Source of the DNA: Spirochaetaceae bacterium
Lineage (GTDB): Bacteria; Spirochaetota; Spirochaetia; DSM-2461
Direction: 5' to 3'
Assembly (NCBI GenBank): GCA_051531975.1
Contig: JAOPTT010000005.1
Span: 160,001-224,000 of the forward strand
DNA: 64,000 bases
Shown here: in pieces, positions 30,319 through 41,243 of the stretch
Layout: each line of letters begins with the position of its first letter
How positions within the stretch are numbered: position 1 is the stretch's first letter
The notes under the pieces: model-generated
What the model was told of the DNA's origin: nothing
Seen by the model: only the letters and a program-made list of their open reading frames with translations
Database searches by the model: none
Translations under genes and position numbers: made by a program

Positions 30319-30406
30319 TTAGCTTTCCTATAAACAACGGGAGGAATATTTTTCGTGAAAAAACTTGAAAGGTTTTATATATAAATAAGATAAATGGAAG
30401 AAGGTA

Positions 30407-32398
30407 ATGAATAAAATAGAGAAAAAAGGGCAATTTATCTGGAATGGTAATACTAAAACACCAAATCAGCATGTAGTTTTAAAAAAAGATTTTGTATTGG
30501 AAACTCTACCAAACCAGGCTTATGCCTATATTGCTGTAGATACTAAGTACTGGTTAGAGGTTAATGGGACTATGGTTATTTTTGAAGGTGGTCTGTTTCG
30601 GGAGAGTCTGCCTGGGAGTGGTTATACCGATAAAATAGATCTGGCACCATATCTGATTAAGGGTGAAAACAGACTCTCTGTATATGTCCATTATTATGGT
30701 AATGGTGGGCGAAATAGTTCTGACAGTGGTAGCCCTAGTTTCTTATTTCAATGTGATGAAATAAGTCTTTACAGCGATGATACTTTCAGATGCACAAACC
30801 ATCCTGCCTATTACAATACGGGAAAACCACAGCCGGCCTATCTTTATGGTGGACATAACATCGGTTACGATGGGCGTAAAACTCTGGAAGAAAAAGAGTT
30901 TGTGAATGCTATAGTACTTACCAAACACTCTTTTGGTGAAATGTATGAACGGCCAGTTCCATTAACAAAATTGATGGACTTGAATAAGGGGGAATATACA
31001 AATGTTAATGACAATGTATACTCTCTTAAATTGCCCTATGCTATGGCCATGTCCCCATGTTTTGTCATTCAGGCAAACGAGGGAACAGTTATAGATATAA
31101 GAACAGACAGGTATACAGTTCCCGGGGGACCTGGAGATAATGCCAACTCCTATAATAGTCACCGAATAGAGTATATCTGTAGGGATGGTGAAAACGAATT
31201 TAAATCCCAGCACTATCTTTTTGGTGAGGAGATTATCTTTAAAACAGACAAACCTATCCAGATTAAGTGGTTGGGTTATAAGGAAAGTGGTTACGATACG
31301 GATATCGTCGGATCTTATGATTCGAGTTGTCAGATTATGAACAAACTTGTGGAAAAATCAGCTAGAACTCTCTACGTCTGTATGAGGGATAACTTTATGG
31401 ATTGTCCAGACCGGGAGAGAGGGCAGTGGATAGGGGATGTCTCAGTTCAAGCACCCCAGGTCTTCTCCCTCTTATCATTATCAGCCAGAGCCTTGCTAAA
31501 AAAATCAATTATGGATTTTATCAACCTTAGAAAAGCAGATGTGCTTTTAGGTAATGTTCCGGGAGATAATTTTTCTGAGCTTCCTTCCCAGAGCCTTAAT
31601 GCTATCAGTGAACTGGGGATGATCTCTAACTATTATAAATACACAGGGGATAAGCAGGTTATTGAGGCTTCATTTGAACCATGTATCAAGTATCTAAAAC
31701 TCTGGGATATGGACAGTAACGGTCTCATTACTCACAGAAATGGAGACTGGGATTGGCAGGATCACTTACACAATGTTGATAAACCGGTTCTATCAAATGC
31801 CTGGTACTATTCTGCTCTTAAATTTGCATTAAAAATGTCAGATATTCTGAATGAAAAAAAGCATGACCAGTTTCTAGAATCGAGGATAAAATCCATAAAA
31901 CTCAATTTTAATAGACTCTTTTGGAAAGAGAATTATTATAGTTCAGAAGGTGTTGTTGACGACAGAGCCAATGCCCTGACGGTTCTAGTGGGGCTATGTC
32001 CACAAAATCAGTATAACAAGATCAAGTTTGTATTACAGACTACTTTTAATGCGAGTATTTATATGGAAGGTTATGTCTTAGCCGCCCTTTGTGAAATGGG
32101 TTTTTACAAAGATGCATACCTGAGATTAAGATCCCGATATTATAATCTTGCTGTTAATGAAAATAGCACTCTGTGGGAAGATTTTTATGTGCTCGGTACA
32201 AAAAATCACGCATGGAGTGGGTCTCCGGCTACAATTGCCTTTAAGTATTTTATGGGTATAGATACTACCGATGGATTCAACACATTTACAGCTAACCCGG
32301 TTCCGGATCTATTTGAGTACCAGAAAATTAAGTTTATGTTATCTGGTGGGGAATTAATTACACTGGAGTACAAAAATAATAAATTGATACAATCTTAA
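30407..32398 (+). CDS. GH78-related alpha-L-rhamnosidase-like protein
   Basis: FMDCPDRERGQWIGD, STLWE and NHAWSG. Confidence 0.85.
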   Translation: MNKIEKKGQFIWNGNTKTPNQHVVLKKDFVLETLPNQAYAYIAVDTKYWLEVNGTMVIFEGGLFRESLPGSGYTDKIDLAPYLIKGENRLSVYVHYYGNGGRNSSDSGSPSFLFQCDEISLYSDDTFRCTNHPAYYNTGKPQPAYLYGGHNIGYDGRKTLEEKEFVNAIVLTKHSFGEMYERPVPLTKLMDLNKGEYTNVNDNVYSLKLPYAMAMSPCFVIQANEGTVIDIRTDRYTVPGGPGDNANSYNSHRIEYICRDGENEFKSQHYLFGEEIIFKTDKPIQIKWLGYKESGYDTDIVGSYDSSCQIMNKLVEKSARTLYVCMRDNFMDCPDRERGQWIGDVSVQAPQVFSLLSLSARALLKKSIMDFINLRKADVLLGNVPGDNFSELPSQSLNAISELGMISNYYKYTGDKQVIEASFEPCIKYLKLWDMDSNGLITHRNGDWDWQDHLHNVDKPVLSNAWYYSALKFALKMSDILNEKKHDQFLESRIKSIKLNFNRLFWKENYYSSEGVVDDRANALTVLVGLCPQNQYNKIKFVLQTTFNASIYMEGYVLAALCEMGFYKDAYLRLRSRYYNLAVNENSTLWEDFYVLGTKNHAWSGSPATIAFKYFMGIDTTDGFNTFTANPVPDLFEYQKIKFMLSGGELITLEYKNNKLIQS

Positions 32399-32558
32399 GT
32401 GAGGGAATAAAATATACAGATAAAAATCTAAATGGTATTCTTAATGCATGACGGAATTATCCTATTAATTGACGGTATTATTAAGGTTGATAACAGATTA
32501 CAGGTTGATAATGGATTTTATATTGTTGACTAGATTGAGTCCTGAAACCTAGATCCTT
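32399..32558 (+). repeat. Intergenic repeat unit, copy A (homologous to 41244-41436)
   Basis: Shares long identical runs (e.g. ATGCATGACGGAATTATCCTATTAATTGACGGTATTATTAAGGTTGATAACAGATT) with copy B; both copies end at GATCCTT. Confidence 0.9.
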
Positions 32559-32695
32559 TGGGTTCAAAACATTTACAGCTAATCCGGTACCCGATCTATC
32601 TGAGTACCAGTAAATTAGGTTTATGTTATCTGGTGGGGAATTAATTACATTAAGTACACAAATAACAAACTTATACAATCTTAGGTGAGGGAATA
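32559..32695 (+). pseudogene. Diverged duplicate of the 3' end of the GH78-like gene
   Basis: Aligns to 32272-32409 with an in-frame stop (AAA>TAA) and a 1-bp deletion; supplies the GAGGG RBS of the next gene. Confidence 0.9.
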
Positions 32696-32701
32696 TTTTT
32701 C

Positions 32702-33985
32702 ATGAACAATAAAAATTATGATGTCATTGTAATAGGTGGTGGAACAGCAGGAGTGATTGCCGCTATTCAGGCAGGAAGAGCCGGAGCTAATACACTTATT
32801 GTTGAGAAAACTGGTATCTTTGGCGGTACCATTACAAATGGTGGTGTTAACTTTCCTGGGCTTTTTCATGCATGGGGAAAACAGATCATTGGTGGTATAG
32901 GCTGGGAATTGGTAGAACGAACTGTAAAAGAGTCAGGAGAAACTCTACCTGACTTTTCCAATTATCAGGGCCATCACTCTAAACTTCAAATTCCCATTAA
33001 CAAATTTGTCTATGGGGCTTTAGCCGATGAACTGATTGTTGATGCAGGAGTTGATGTTCTATTTCACTCTATGCCTAGCAGCATAAACAAGGATAAGAGC
33101 ACAAGAGGGTGGAATGTTAACCTCTGTACCAAGAGTGGTGTTCTGGATCTTACAGCGACTATACTTATAGATACCACAGGAGATGCAAATGTTGTAACCC
33201 TTGGGGGATTTCCCACTAATGTTCCAGAAGAGACACAACCAGCTACATTGTCCTGTCTGGCAAGTGGTTATAATCTATCTGATCTGGATATAGAAACTAT
33301 AAACCGGAATTTTGATAGGGAAGTAAAAGCCGGACGTCTATCTTATACAGATGTCTCGTGGAATACGACCGCACCGGATATTGGTGTGTGGCTCCATAAC
33401 AAAGGTGCCAATAGCAATCACATTCACCACATTAATGCTTATAACAGTCAAAACAGAACGGAGCTGGAGCTTGAATCCCGAAAAGCTCTGTTTCGTCTTT
33501 ATAGATTCCTTCGTACACAACCTGGATTGGAAAATCTAGTAATTGATCAGGTCTCTCACGAATGTGGTGTTAGGGAGACAAAAACAATTATTGGAAAATC
33601 CACTATAACTGTCCAGGATTACCAAACGGCTAGAATATGGAATGATGCTGTTTGTTATGCTTTTTATCCTATTGATCTTCATAGCTCTTCAGGAGAAGGA
33701 CTGGACATGAGAGAACTTGGGGAAGGAAAGGTTCCATCAGTTCCTAGAGGGGCACTGCTACCGGAAGGCAGTAAAAATCTTCTGACAGCAGGGCGCTGTA
33801 TATCAAGCGATCGTCTTGCAAACTCCGCCTTACGTGTCCAAGCTACTTGTATGGCAACAGCTCAAGCGGCAGGAGCTATGGCGGCGCTGAGTGTACAGAC
33901 AGGTATGGAGTTGGAAGAACTTCCAATAAAAGAAATTCACACATTATTATATGAACATGGGGCAATTGTACCTGAAATAGGATAA
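32702..33985 (+). CDS. FAD-dependent oxidoreductase (PF12831-like)
   Basis: VIGGGTAGV, IDTTGDA, GVRET and AGRCISSD...RVQATCMA. Confidence 0.88.
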   Translation: MNNKNYDVIVIGGGTAGVIAAIQAGRAGANTLIVEKTGIFGGTITNGGVNFPGLFHAWGKQIIGGIGWELVERTVKESGETLPDFSNYQGHHSKLQIPINKFVYGALADELIVDAGVDVLFHSMPSSINKDKSTRGWNVNLCTKSGVLDLTATILIDTTGDANVVTLGGFPTNVPEETQPATLSCLASGYNLSDLDIETINRNFDREVKAGRLSYTDVSWNTTAPDIGVWLHNKGANSNHIHHINAYNSQNRTELELESRKALFRLYRFLRTQPGLENLVIDQVSHECGVRETKTIIGKSTITVQDYQTARIWNDAVCYAFYPIDLHSSSGEGLDMRELGEGKVPSVPRGALLPEGSKNLLTAGRCISSDRLANSALRVQATCMATAQAAGAMAALSVQTGMELEELPIKEIHTLLYEHGAIVPEIG

Positions 33986-33998
33986 AAAAGAGATAACA

Positions 33999-35357
33999 AT
34001 GAAAAAACCAAATATTATTTATATATATACAGATCAGCAGAGTGCTTCGATGATGAGTTGTGCCGGAAATAATTTTTTAAAAACACCGGCAATGGACTAT
34101 CTGGCAGCTGGTGGTACTAGGTTTACCAGAGCTTATTCTCCAAACCCTGTCTGCGCACCAGCCCGGGTTAGTATGATGACTGGCCAGTTTCCTGGAGTCT
34201 TTAATGACAGTTCCGGGAATCAGGTGAGGGAGAATGACGGTGCCATGAGTATAGCTGGTATACCTTCTAATATTATGGAAAATACACTTGGCTCAATTAT
34301 GGGGAAGTCTGGGTACGATCTTTATTACGGTGGGAAAGAACATCTTCCTGTTGAATTAAAACCTGAAAATCAGGGTTTTACAAAGTTTACCTCTGATGAA
34401 AGAGATAATTTAGCAGATAAAGCAGCAGATATAATTTCTAATAGAAGTGATAATCCTTATTGTATGATCGTTTCACTAATCAACCCACACGATATCTGTT
34501 ATATGGCTATCAGGGACTTTGGCGGTCCTGAAGAGAAACGGACTATTTTAGAGGGAGCAAATGTGGAGCTTGATACTCTGGATAAAGCCCTTAAGGTTCC
34601 AAGTGGAATCTCTGAAGAAGAATTTTTTAACAGTCTTTGTCCACCAATTCCTAATAATTTCGAACCACAGGAAAATGAACCGTTAGCTATTAAATCACTT
34701 ATTGAAAGCCGTCCCTTTCGTAAAAATGCAAGAGATAAATATTCAAAAAAAGAGTGGCGGATGCACCGCTGGGCTTATTGCCGTCTAACAGAAATGGTTG
34801 ACACCCAAATAGAGATTATTCTTAATGCTGTGAAATCAAGTGGCAGTGAAGAAGATACAATAATCATTTTTTCAAGTGATCATGGTGATAATGACAGTTC
34901 TCATAAACTTGAGCATAAAACAGTGCTCTATGAGGAATCGGTCAATATTCCTTTTACGGTTATGTGGAAGGGACATATCCCAGCTGGGAATGTGGATTCG
35001 ACACATTTAATTTCTAACGGTTTGGATATTGTACCTACTATCTGTGATTATGCCGGAATAGAAGTAAAAGCTGATCCTAGAGGCGCAAGTCTGCGTCCTC
35101 TACTGGAAAACAGTGATCAAAATGAAACAGTAAAATGGCGAAGTACCCTTGGAGTTGAAAGTGAGATTGGTCGTATGGTTATACGGTCCGATGGTTTAAA
35201 ATATATCAGATATGATAGCCAGGGGATGGAAGAACAACTGTTGGATTTAAAGGTTGATCCTGGAGAAACAAAAGATTTTTTCACACAATCTACATATCAA
35301 ATTAAGTTAAATGAAATGCGTCAGAGTTTTGAAAATGATTGGTTTACAGGATTCTGA
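33999..35357 (+). CDS. Cys-type sulfatase
   Basis: KPNIIYIYTDQ, CAPARVSMMTG, NPHD and SDHG. Confidence 0.92.
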   Translation: MKKPNIIYIYTDQQSASMMSCAGNNFLKTPAMDYLAAGGTRFTRAYSPNPVCAPARVSMMTGQFPGVFNDSSGNQVRENDGAMSIAGIPSNIMENTLGSIMGKSGYDLYYGGKEHLPVELKPENQGFTKFTSDERDNLADKAADIISNRSDNPYCMIVSLINPHDICYMAIRDFGGPEEKRTILEGANVELDTLDKALKVPSGISEEEFFNSLCPPIPNNFEPQENEPLAIKSLIESRPFRKNARDKYSKKEWRMHRWAYCRLTEMVDTQIEIILNAVKSSGSEEDTIIIFSSDHGDNDSSHKLEHKTVLYEESVNIPFTVMWKGHIPAGNVDSTHLISNGLDIVPTICDYAGIEVKADPRGASLRPLLENSDQNETVKWRSTLGVESEIGRMVIRSDGLKYIRYDSQGMEEQLLDLKVDPGETKDFFTQSTYQIKLNEMRQSFENDWFTGF

Positions 35358-35399
35358 AATGAATTATAAAATACGCTGTAATGATTATAGGACAAAACA

Positions 35400-36263
35400 A
35401 TGAAAAAAAACTTAAAAGTGGAGAATGAAGTTATCTCTGTAAATGTGGACCTCACACGGGGAGGAGCCATAAACGCTATTATTTTAAAAGACCGTTGGAA
35501 CAATAGGAGCATCGTTAATATTGCGGATGAAGGCCGGTATATTCAGCAGTCCTATTATAGTGGGAATAACTTGGACAGAACGGCTGAAGGACAATCAAAA
35601 GATTGGAGTCCCTGGTCGTGGAATCCTATCCAGGTAGGTGATTCCTATGGCAATCGGGCAGAAATTCTGGAATATACAAGTAAAAAAAACAGTATCTATG
35701 TAAAGTGTATACCTATGCTTTGGGATATGAAAAATGAACTGGCTGAAGCTGTAATGGAGCAGTGGATGGAAATAGATAAAAATATAATAAAAGTTACTTC
35801 CCGTCTTACATCCAACAGAAGCGATGTCATTTATGGGGAAGGTATAATAAAAGCTCAGGAATTACCTGCCGTATATCCAGTTTCAGCACTGAATCGACTG
35901 GTTTCCTACAGGGGAAGTAAGCCTTTTAGTGGAGATTTGCTGGAGGAGTTGGAGGTAATTAAACTTTCCAGCGGATTCTGGGGCTGTTACACAGAAGAAA
36001 TTACAGAGAATTGGATGGCTTTTGTTGATGACCAGAATTACGGTATCGCTGTTTATAACCGGGCTACCTCTAGTTTTCTAGCCGGTATGGCGGGAAAACC
36101 GGGAGAATGGTGTGATGGCAGCTCCACCTCTTATATCTCTCCGGTAAAGAAGGAGATTATAAATAAGGATACAGTCTATGAGTACAATTATTATCTGATA
36201 GTCGGTGAACTGGATAAAATACGTAAAGATATCTATGAAATAGAAAAGGTATTGAAAGAGTAG
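35400..36263 (+). CDS. Hypothetical protein (beta-rich, probably carbohydrate-active)
   Basis: Intact 287 aa ORF in the operon with Trp/Tyr-rich motifs (DEGRYIQQSYY, WSWNPIQ); family not recognised. Confidence 0.6.
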   Translation: MKKNLKVENEVISVNVDLTRGGAINAIILKDRWNNRSIVNIADEGRYIQQSYYSGNNLDRTAEGQSKDWSPWSWNPIQVGDSYGNRAEILEYTSKKNSIYVKCIPMLWDMKNELAEAVMEQWMEIDKNIIKVTSRLTSNRSDVIYGEGIIKAQELPAVYPVSALNRLVSYRGSKPFSGDLLEELEVIKLSSGFWGCYTEEITENWMAFVDDQNYGIAVYNRATSSFLAGMAGKPGEWCDGSSTSYISPVKKEIINKDTVYEYNYYLIVGELDKIRKDIYEIEKVLKE

Positions 36264-36265
36264 TC

Positions 36266-37591
36266 ATGAAAAAATTAAACAGCCGGATCAGAAAGAGCCG
36301 GGATTATGAATTCAATACTAACCAATTAAACCTGATATTAAATGGTATTTTATCTTCAGGGTATAACATCTTAATTTTTGGAGTATTTCTTACGGGGTAC
36401 GCTCTGTGGCTAGGGGCAACTGATGCCCAGGCTGGAATGATAATGTCCATAATCTACATGGCTAACATTTTACAACTGTTACTAGTTAGGTTGTGGCAAA
36501 CAGTTAAACGTGAAAAATCCACTATCATCTTTTTTGTTCTTTTTTCAAGGCTCATATTAATTGGTATTATCGGTATTCCCTTTATGAACCTGACATCTTA
36601 CCGGTTCACTTTGCCACTATTTGGGCAGATGAATGGAAGTGTTTTCCTGTTTTACTGTATCTTTATTGTAGGGATGTTTTTTGGTTCCTCGTCGGGAGTA
36701 AAGCTTAATCTGTGGATGATGAGCCATCTTCCAAGACATATGCGGGGGAATTTTTTCACTGTAAGAAATCGTAGTGCCATGATAGTGACTCTTATTTTTT
36801 CACTAGCAGCGGGACAGTTTCTCGATTATATGAACAAAGCAGGTTACCAATACAGGGGATTTCTGATTATTTTTATTACTGCGGCAATTTTTGCAATAAT
36901 CGACTCATTTACTCTTGGAAAAATTGATTTTTTTGAAGAGGGAATTATTACAAAAAGGGATAAAAAGAGCAGCTTATCGATATTAAAACCCTTTAAAGAT
37001 ATTCACTTTTTAAATGTTCTAATCTATCAAATAATATGGACTATGGGGATCAATATATCTATACCTTTTTTAACTGTCTATATGATAAAGCAGTTAGGGA
37101 TAAGTTATTCCAATATTACAATATTATCTGTTCTTCAGGTACTGTTCAGTGCCTTTTTAATCAAACAGTGGGGTCTTCTTGCCAATAGACACCGATGGGT
37201 GACAATACTTAATATATCCCTCCTTTTATTTGTATTCCAATTGATTATCTGGCTTATAATAATCCCTTCCTCCAGTTATCTACTACCTGTGGTTTTTATA
37301 CTTGCCGGCATATTTGGTCCTGCATATAACATGTCCACATTTAATCTACCCTACAGCCATCTGAAGAAAAAGGATGAGACTGTTTATATGAGTGTAAATA
37401 CCACTATTATCTCTGCAGCAGGGATGGTTGGTATTTTTATCGGTGGTAAGTTATTGGAGTATGAAGGAAATTTTATATCAATTACCGATCATTATATGGA
37501 AAAAAATATAATAATTACTGTAGTTTTGCTTCTCATCGCTATTGTGTTTAGTTTTTTACGTATGGAAAAGAGAGAGAGAAATGAGAGTTAA
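36266..37591 (+). CDS. MFS transporter
   Basis: About 12 hydrophobic segments; LPRHMRGNFF and WGLLANR motifs. Confidence 0.85.
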   Translation: MKKLNSRIRKSRDYEFNTNQLNLILNGILSSGYNILIFGVFLTGYALWLGATDAQAGMIMSIIYMANILQLLLVRLWQTVKREKSTIIFFVLFSRLILIGIIGIPFMNLTSYRFTLPLFGQMNGSVFLFYCIFIVGMFFGSSSGVKLNLWMMSHLPRHMRGNFFTVRNRSAMIVTLIFSLAAGQFLDYMNKAGYQYRGFLIIFITAAIFAIIDSFTLGKIDFFEEGIITKRDKKSSLSILKPFKDIHFLNVLIYQIIWTMGINISIPFLTVYMIKQLGISYSNITILSVLQVLFSAFLIKQWGLLANRHRWVTILNISLLLFVFQLIIWLIIIPSSSYLLPVVFILAGIFGPAYNMSTFNLPYSHLKKKDETVYMSVNTTIISAAGMVGIFIGGKLLEYEGNFISITDHYMEKNIIITVVLLLIAIVFSFLRMEKRERNES

Positions 37592-37604
37592 AAGGATATG
37601 ACAA

Positions 37605-38708
37605 ATGAAAAAATATGATGTAGCAGCCTATGTATGGCCCGCTTATACTGGGGATGAACCAAGAACTAGAATGTTTTGGCCCGAAGGTATGGGAGAATGG
37701 CAGAGTGTTAAAAATTCTGTAAAAAAATATCCAGGACATAATTGGCCAAGGAAACCTCTCTGGGGTTATGTCAACGAGGCCGATCCATATGTTATGGAGT
37801 CCCAGATAAGCGCTGCCTCAGATCATGGTGTCAATGTTTTTATCTATGACTGGTACTGGTATGACAAACGGCCTTTTCTTGAGAACTGTCTGAATGACGG
37901 TTATCTTAAGGCTAAAAACAATGATAAGGTCAAATTCTACCTAATGTGGGCGAACCATCATGTTCTAAATCTTTGGGATATAAACCTATCCCATGATCAG
38001 GAAACTGTTATATGGGACGCTAGGGTGGATAGAAGTGAATTCGAAAGAATTTGTAATAGACTAATCGATAAGTACTTTCACCACCCCTCGTATTATACAA
38101 TAGAGGGTAAACCGGTGTTCAGCCTGTACGATATTCAGAATCTTATAGATGGGCTGGGAGGAGTGGATGAGACAGTCCGTGCCCTTAAATGGTTCAAAGA
38201 ACAGACTATAAAATCCGGATTACCAGGCCTGCACATACAGCTGACAAAATGGGGAATCAATCAACTGAATTTAAGTGGACTGGACGAAGGTAAAAGGGCT
38301 ATCCCAAATGAAATGGTTAATAACCTTGGATTCGATAGCATGACTCACTATCAGTATGTGCATTTTACCGATATTGATAGGGATTATAGTGAAATTATGT
38401 CGGATGTGGAGAAAGAGTGGTCGCAAGTTGATAAAGAATATGATACTCCTTATTACCCACATGTTTCCGTTGGATGGGATAATAATCCCCGTTTCAAAGA
38501 TTTCAAACCAGGCGTCGTAAAAAACAATACTCCAGGGGAGATCAAAAAAGCTCTAATAAAAGCTAAAGAATATATAGATGCCCATCCTGAACAGGCTCCA
38601 CTTGTTACAATTAATAGCTGGAACGAATGGACTGAAACAAGTTATCTTCAACCTGATGATATCTATGGTTACGGATATCTGGAGGCGGTGAAAGATGTCT
38701 TCTGTTAA
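37605..38708 (+). CDS. GH99-like / WbsX-family glycoside hydrolase, copy 1
   Basis: PLWGY, FIYDWYW, LMWANH, GWDNNPR and INSWNEWTE. Confidence 0.82.
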   Translation: MKKYDVAAYVWPAYTGDEPRTRMFWPEGMGEWQSVKNSVKKYPGHNWPRKPLWGYVNEADPYVMESQISAASDHGVNVFIYDWYWYDKRPFLENCLNDGYLKAKNNDKVKFYLMWANHHVLNLWDINLSHDQETVIWDARVDRSEFERICNRLIDKYFHHPSYYTIEGKPVFSLYDIQNLIDGLGGVDETVRALKWFKEQTIKSGLPGLHIQLTKWGINQLNLSGLDEGKRAIPNEMVNNLGFDSMTHYQYVHFTDIDRDYSEIMSDVEKEWSQVDKEYDTPYYPHVSVGWDNNPRFKDFKPGVVKNNTPGEIKKALIKAKEYIDAHPEQAPLVTINSWNEWTETSYLQPDDIYGYGYLEAVKDVFC

Positions 38709-40074
38709 TAAACCAAATATCATCTATATTTTTGCAGATCAGATGCGGGGGCATGCGACCGGATATGCAGGAGATCCTAATGTTCAAACACCATATTTAG
38801 ATAAACTATCAAAAGAGAGTCTGAATTTTGTAAACGCAACTTCGACCTGTCCAATCTGTACTCCTTATAGGGCATCACTTTTAACAGGTCAATATCCGTT
38901 AACCCATGGATTGTTTATGAATGATCTATGTCTACCTGATAATGGCCACTCATTAGGTCAGGAGCTAAAGTCTGCTGATTATAATACTGGATGGATCGGG
39001 AAATGGCACCTTGATGGCCATGGTCGAAATGGCTATATTCCCAGGGAACGAAGACAGGGATTTGATTATTGGAAAGTCCTTGAGTGTACCCACGATTATA
39101 ATAATTCTCAGTATTACCAGGGAGATAATAAAGAACCGGTTTTGTGGGAAAAATATGATGCTTTTTGTCAGACAGAAGATGCTGTGGACTATATCACGTC
39201 TCACCAGGACAAACCCTTTGCACTATTTGTCTCTTTTGGAACTCCACATGATCCTTATGATACAGCTCCGGTCGATCTTAAGGCTTTATATCCGGCTGAT
39301 AAGTTGATTTTAAGAGAGAATGTTTATAAACATCGCCAACCGCAGGCCTGTGAGCAGTTATCCGGATATTATGCCCATATTACTGCCATAGACAGATGTG
39401 TAGAGAAAATTGATGAAGCTCTGGAACAAACCGGTCAGAAAGAGAATACAATTTTTATTTTTACAGCTGATCATGGTGATCTACTGGAATCCCATAACCA
39501 ATCTGGTGACAATGAAAGAGGACCAAGGAAACAAATGCCTTACGATGAATCGGTAATTGTACCTTTTTTGCTGAGATATCCCGGGAAATATACAAATAGT
39601 AAAACCATAAATCTGACCCTGGGAACACCTGATATTATGCCGACCCTGCTTTCAATGGCAGATCTGGGAATACCAGAAACTGTAGAAGGTAATGATCTTA
39701 CTAAGTTGATAAAAAAGGAAATTCAGTCTGAGCATATTAAAAAAGAAGATAGTGGAGTGCTCATTGTCAACTATCACCCTTTCGCTGACTGGCGGAGGGA
39801 ACTCGGAGGAAGAGCATATCGAGGTATTCGTACAGAGAGATATACTTTCGTCCGGGATCAAAATGGACCCTGGCTCCTGTTTGATAACCGGAATGATCCA
39901 TACCAGTTGGAAAATATTGTGAATAAACAGGCTTTTAAACAAGTTCAAGAAAAACTAGACTCACAGCTGAAAGAGCTTTTAAAATGTCAGAATGATGAAT
40001 TTGAAACTCCAGAGGAATTGAGAAAACGGTGGAATTATAAAGTTAATGAATTTGATGAAATACCTTATAAATAA
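38695..40074 (+). CDS. Cys-type sulfatase
   Basis: KPNIIYIFADQ, CTPYRASLLTG, GKWHL, PHDP and ADHG. Confidence 0.93.
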   Translation: MSSVNKPNIIYIFADQMRGHATGYAGDPNVQTPYLDKLSKESLNFVNATSTCPICTPYRASLLTGQYPLTHGLFMNDLCLPDNGHSLGQELKSADYNTGWIGKWHLDGHGRNGYIPRERRQGFDYWKVLECTHDYNNSQYYQGDNKEPVLWEKYDAFCQTEDAVDYITSHQDKPFALFVSFGTPHDPYDTAPVDLKALYPADKLILRENVYKHRQPQACEQLSGYYAHITAIDRCVEKIDEALEQTGQKENTIFIFTADHGDLLESHNQSGDNERGPRKQMPYDESVIVPFLLRYPGKYTNSKTINLTLGTPDIMPTLLSMADLGIPETVEGNDLTKLIKKEIQSEHIKKEDSGVLIVNYHPFADWRRELGGRAYRGIRTERYTFVRDQNGPWLLFDNRNDPYQLENIVNKQAFKQVQEKLDSQLKELLKCQNDEFETPEELRKRWNYKVNEFDEIPYK

Positions 40075-40143
40075 ATTACAGGATATATTTTAGGAAATGT
40101 CCTCCTTATTAATTGGATAATCCCGTTTAGTGATTATTAATAT

Positions 40144-40172
40144 TTGATAAGTAATCTAAATAACAGTATAAT
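40144..40172 (+). promoter_or_regulatory. Sigma70 promoter of the TA pair
   Basis: TTGATA-17bp-TATAAT. Confidence 0.7.
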
Positions 40173-40189
40173 GAATTACAGGAGTGTTT

Positions 40190-40438
40190 ATGCCAGTAAT
40201 AACAAGATTTTACGGAATACTCATCAAGATGTATTTTAATGATCACCTACCACCACATTTTCATGCAATATATAATGAATATAACGGGATATTTGATTTA
40301 AAAACACTTGATTTATTAGAAGGGGATCTTCCCAATAAAGCAATTAAATTAATAAAAGAGTGGGCACAAAATTATCAAACAGAATTAGAACGTATGTGGG
40401 AAACAAAAGAATTTATAAAATTACCAGGGTTAGAATAA
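40190..40438 (+). CDS. DUF4160 protein (putative type II toxin)
   Basis: MPVITRFYGILIKMYFNDHLPPHFHA signature. Confidence 0.85.
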   Translation: MPVITRFYGILIKMYFNDHLPPHFHAIYNEYNGIFDLKTLDLLEGDLPNKAIKLIKEWAQNYQTELERMWETKEFIKLPGLE

Positions 40439-40686
40439 TGAATATTCCAAAAATAATTAATGTATATCCAAAAGAACATCTTATTTTATCTATTATTTTT
40501 TCAGATGGTGTTACTAGAGAATATGATTGTTCAAAAATCATAAATAGAAATGATCATTACGAAAAATTAAAAGACGATAATTTTTTTAAAAATGTACACA
40601 TTGATGTCGGTGGACATGGAATAAGCTGGGATGATTATGTGGATATTAGTGAATATGAAATATTAGAAAATTCAATAAATAGGTAA
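40438..40686 (+). CDS. DUF2442 protein (putative antitoxin partner)
   Basis: L.IIFSDG...YD...F..V.ID..G.GISW...DI pattern; TAATG translational coupling with DUF4160. Confidence 0.82.
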   Translation: MNIPKIINVYPKEHLILSIIFSDGVTREYDCSKIINRNDHYEKLKDDNFFKNVHIDVGGHGISWDDYVDISEYEILENSINR

Positions 40687-40765
40687 GACCTAATACAGAC
40701 TCTAGGTATCGATATAAGATCCATCGGCGTTATCCTGCGTAATGAATACAGCGAGTTTTTCGGGG

Positions 40766-41243
40766 CATGGATCAGATATCTAAAACTCTGGAATATGGAT
40801 AGGGACAGTCTAATTACCCACCGAAATTCGCCTTAAGAATGTTAGAGATTCTGTGTGAAAAAAAGTATGACCACTTTCTGGAATCGAGGATAAAATCAAT
40901 AGAGCTCAATTTTAATAGACTCTTCTGGAAAGATAATTCTTACAGTTCAGAAGGCGTTGTTGACGACAGAGCCAATGCCCTGACGGTTCTTGTGGGGCTA
41001 TGTCCACAAAAGCAGTATAATAAGATTAAGTTTGTGCTTGGTACAAAAAACCACGCCTGGAATGGATCTCCGGCTACAATTGCCTTTAAATATTTTATGG
41101 GTATAGATACTACCGACGGATTCAAAACATTTACAGCTAATCCGGTACCCGATCTTTTTGAGTACCAGAAAATTAGGTTTATGTTATCTGGTGGGGAACA
41201 AATTACATTAGAATATAAAAATAACAAATTGGTACAATCTTAA
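40766..41243 (+). pseudogene. GH78-like pseudogene fragment with two internal deletions
   Basis: Aligns to 31680-32398 but lacks about 31742-31823 (AAAT microhomology) and 32032-32190 (TGT microhomology). Confidence 0.92.

Noticed and set aside
30343..30362. GGAATATTTTTCGTGAA matching the oxidoreductase start region (GGAATATTTTTCATGAA) as another gene stub
   Set aside because: The match is only 17 nt, AT-rich and does not extend; too weak to call.
32272..41243. Diversity-generating retroelement (template/variable repeat pair at the GH78 3' end)
   Set aside because: Differences are not adenine-specific, many are synonymous, indels are present, and no reverse transcriptase is encoded in the window.
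40839..41243. 134 aa ORF as a functional small protein
   Set aside because: It is the in-frame residue of the deleted GH78 copy and lacks the catalytic DCPDRER region.
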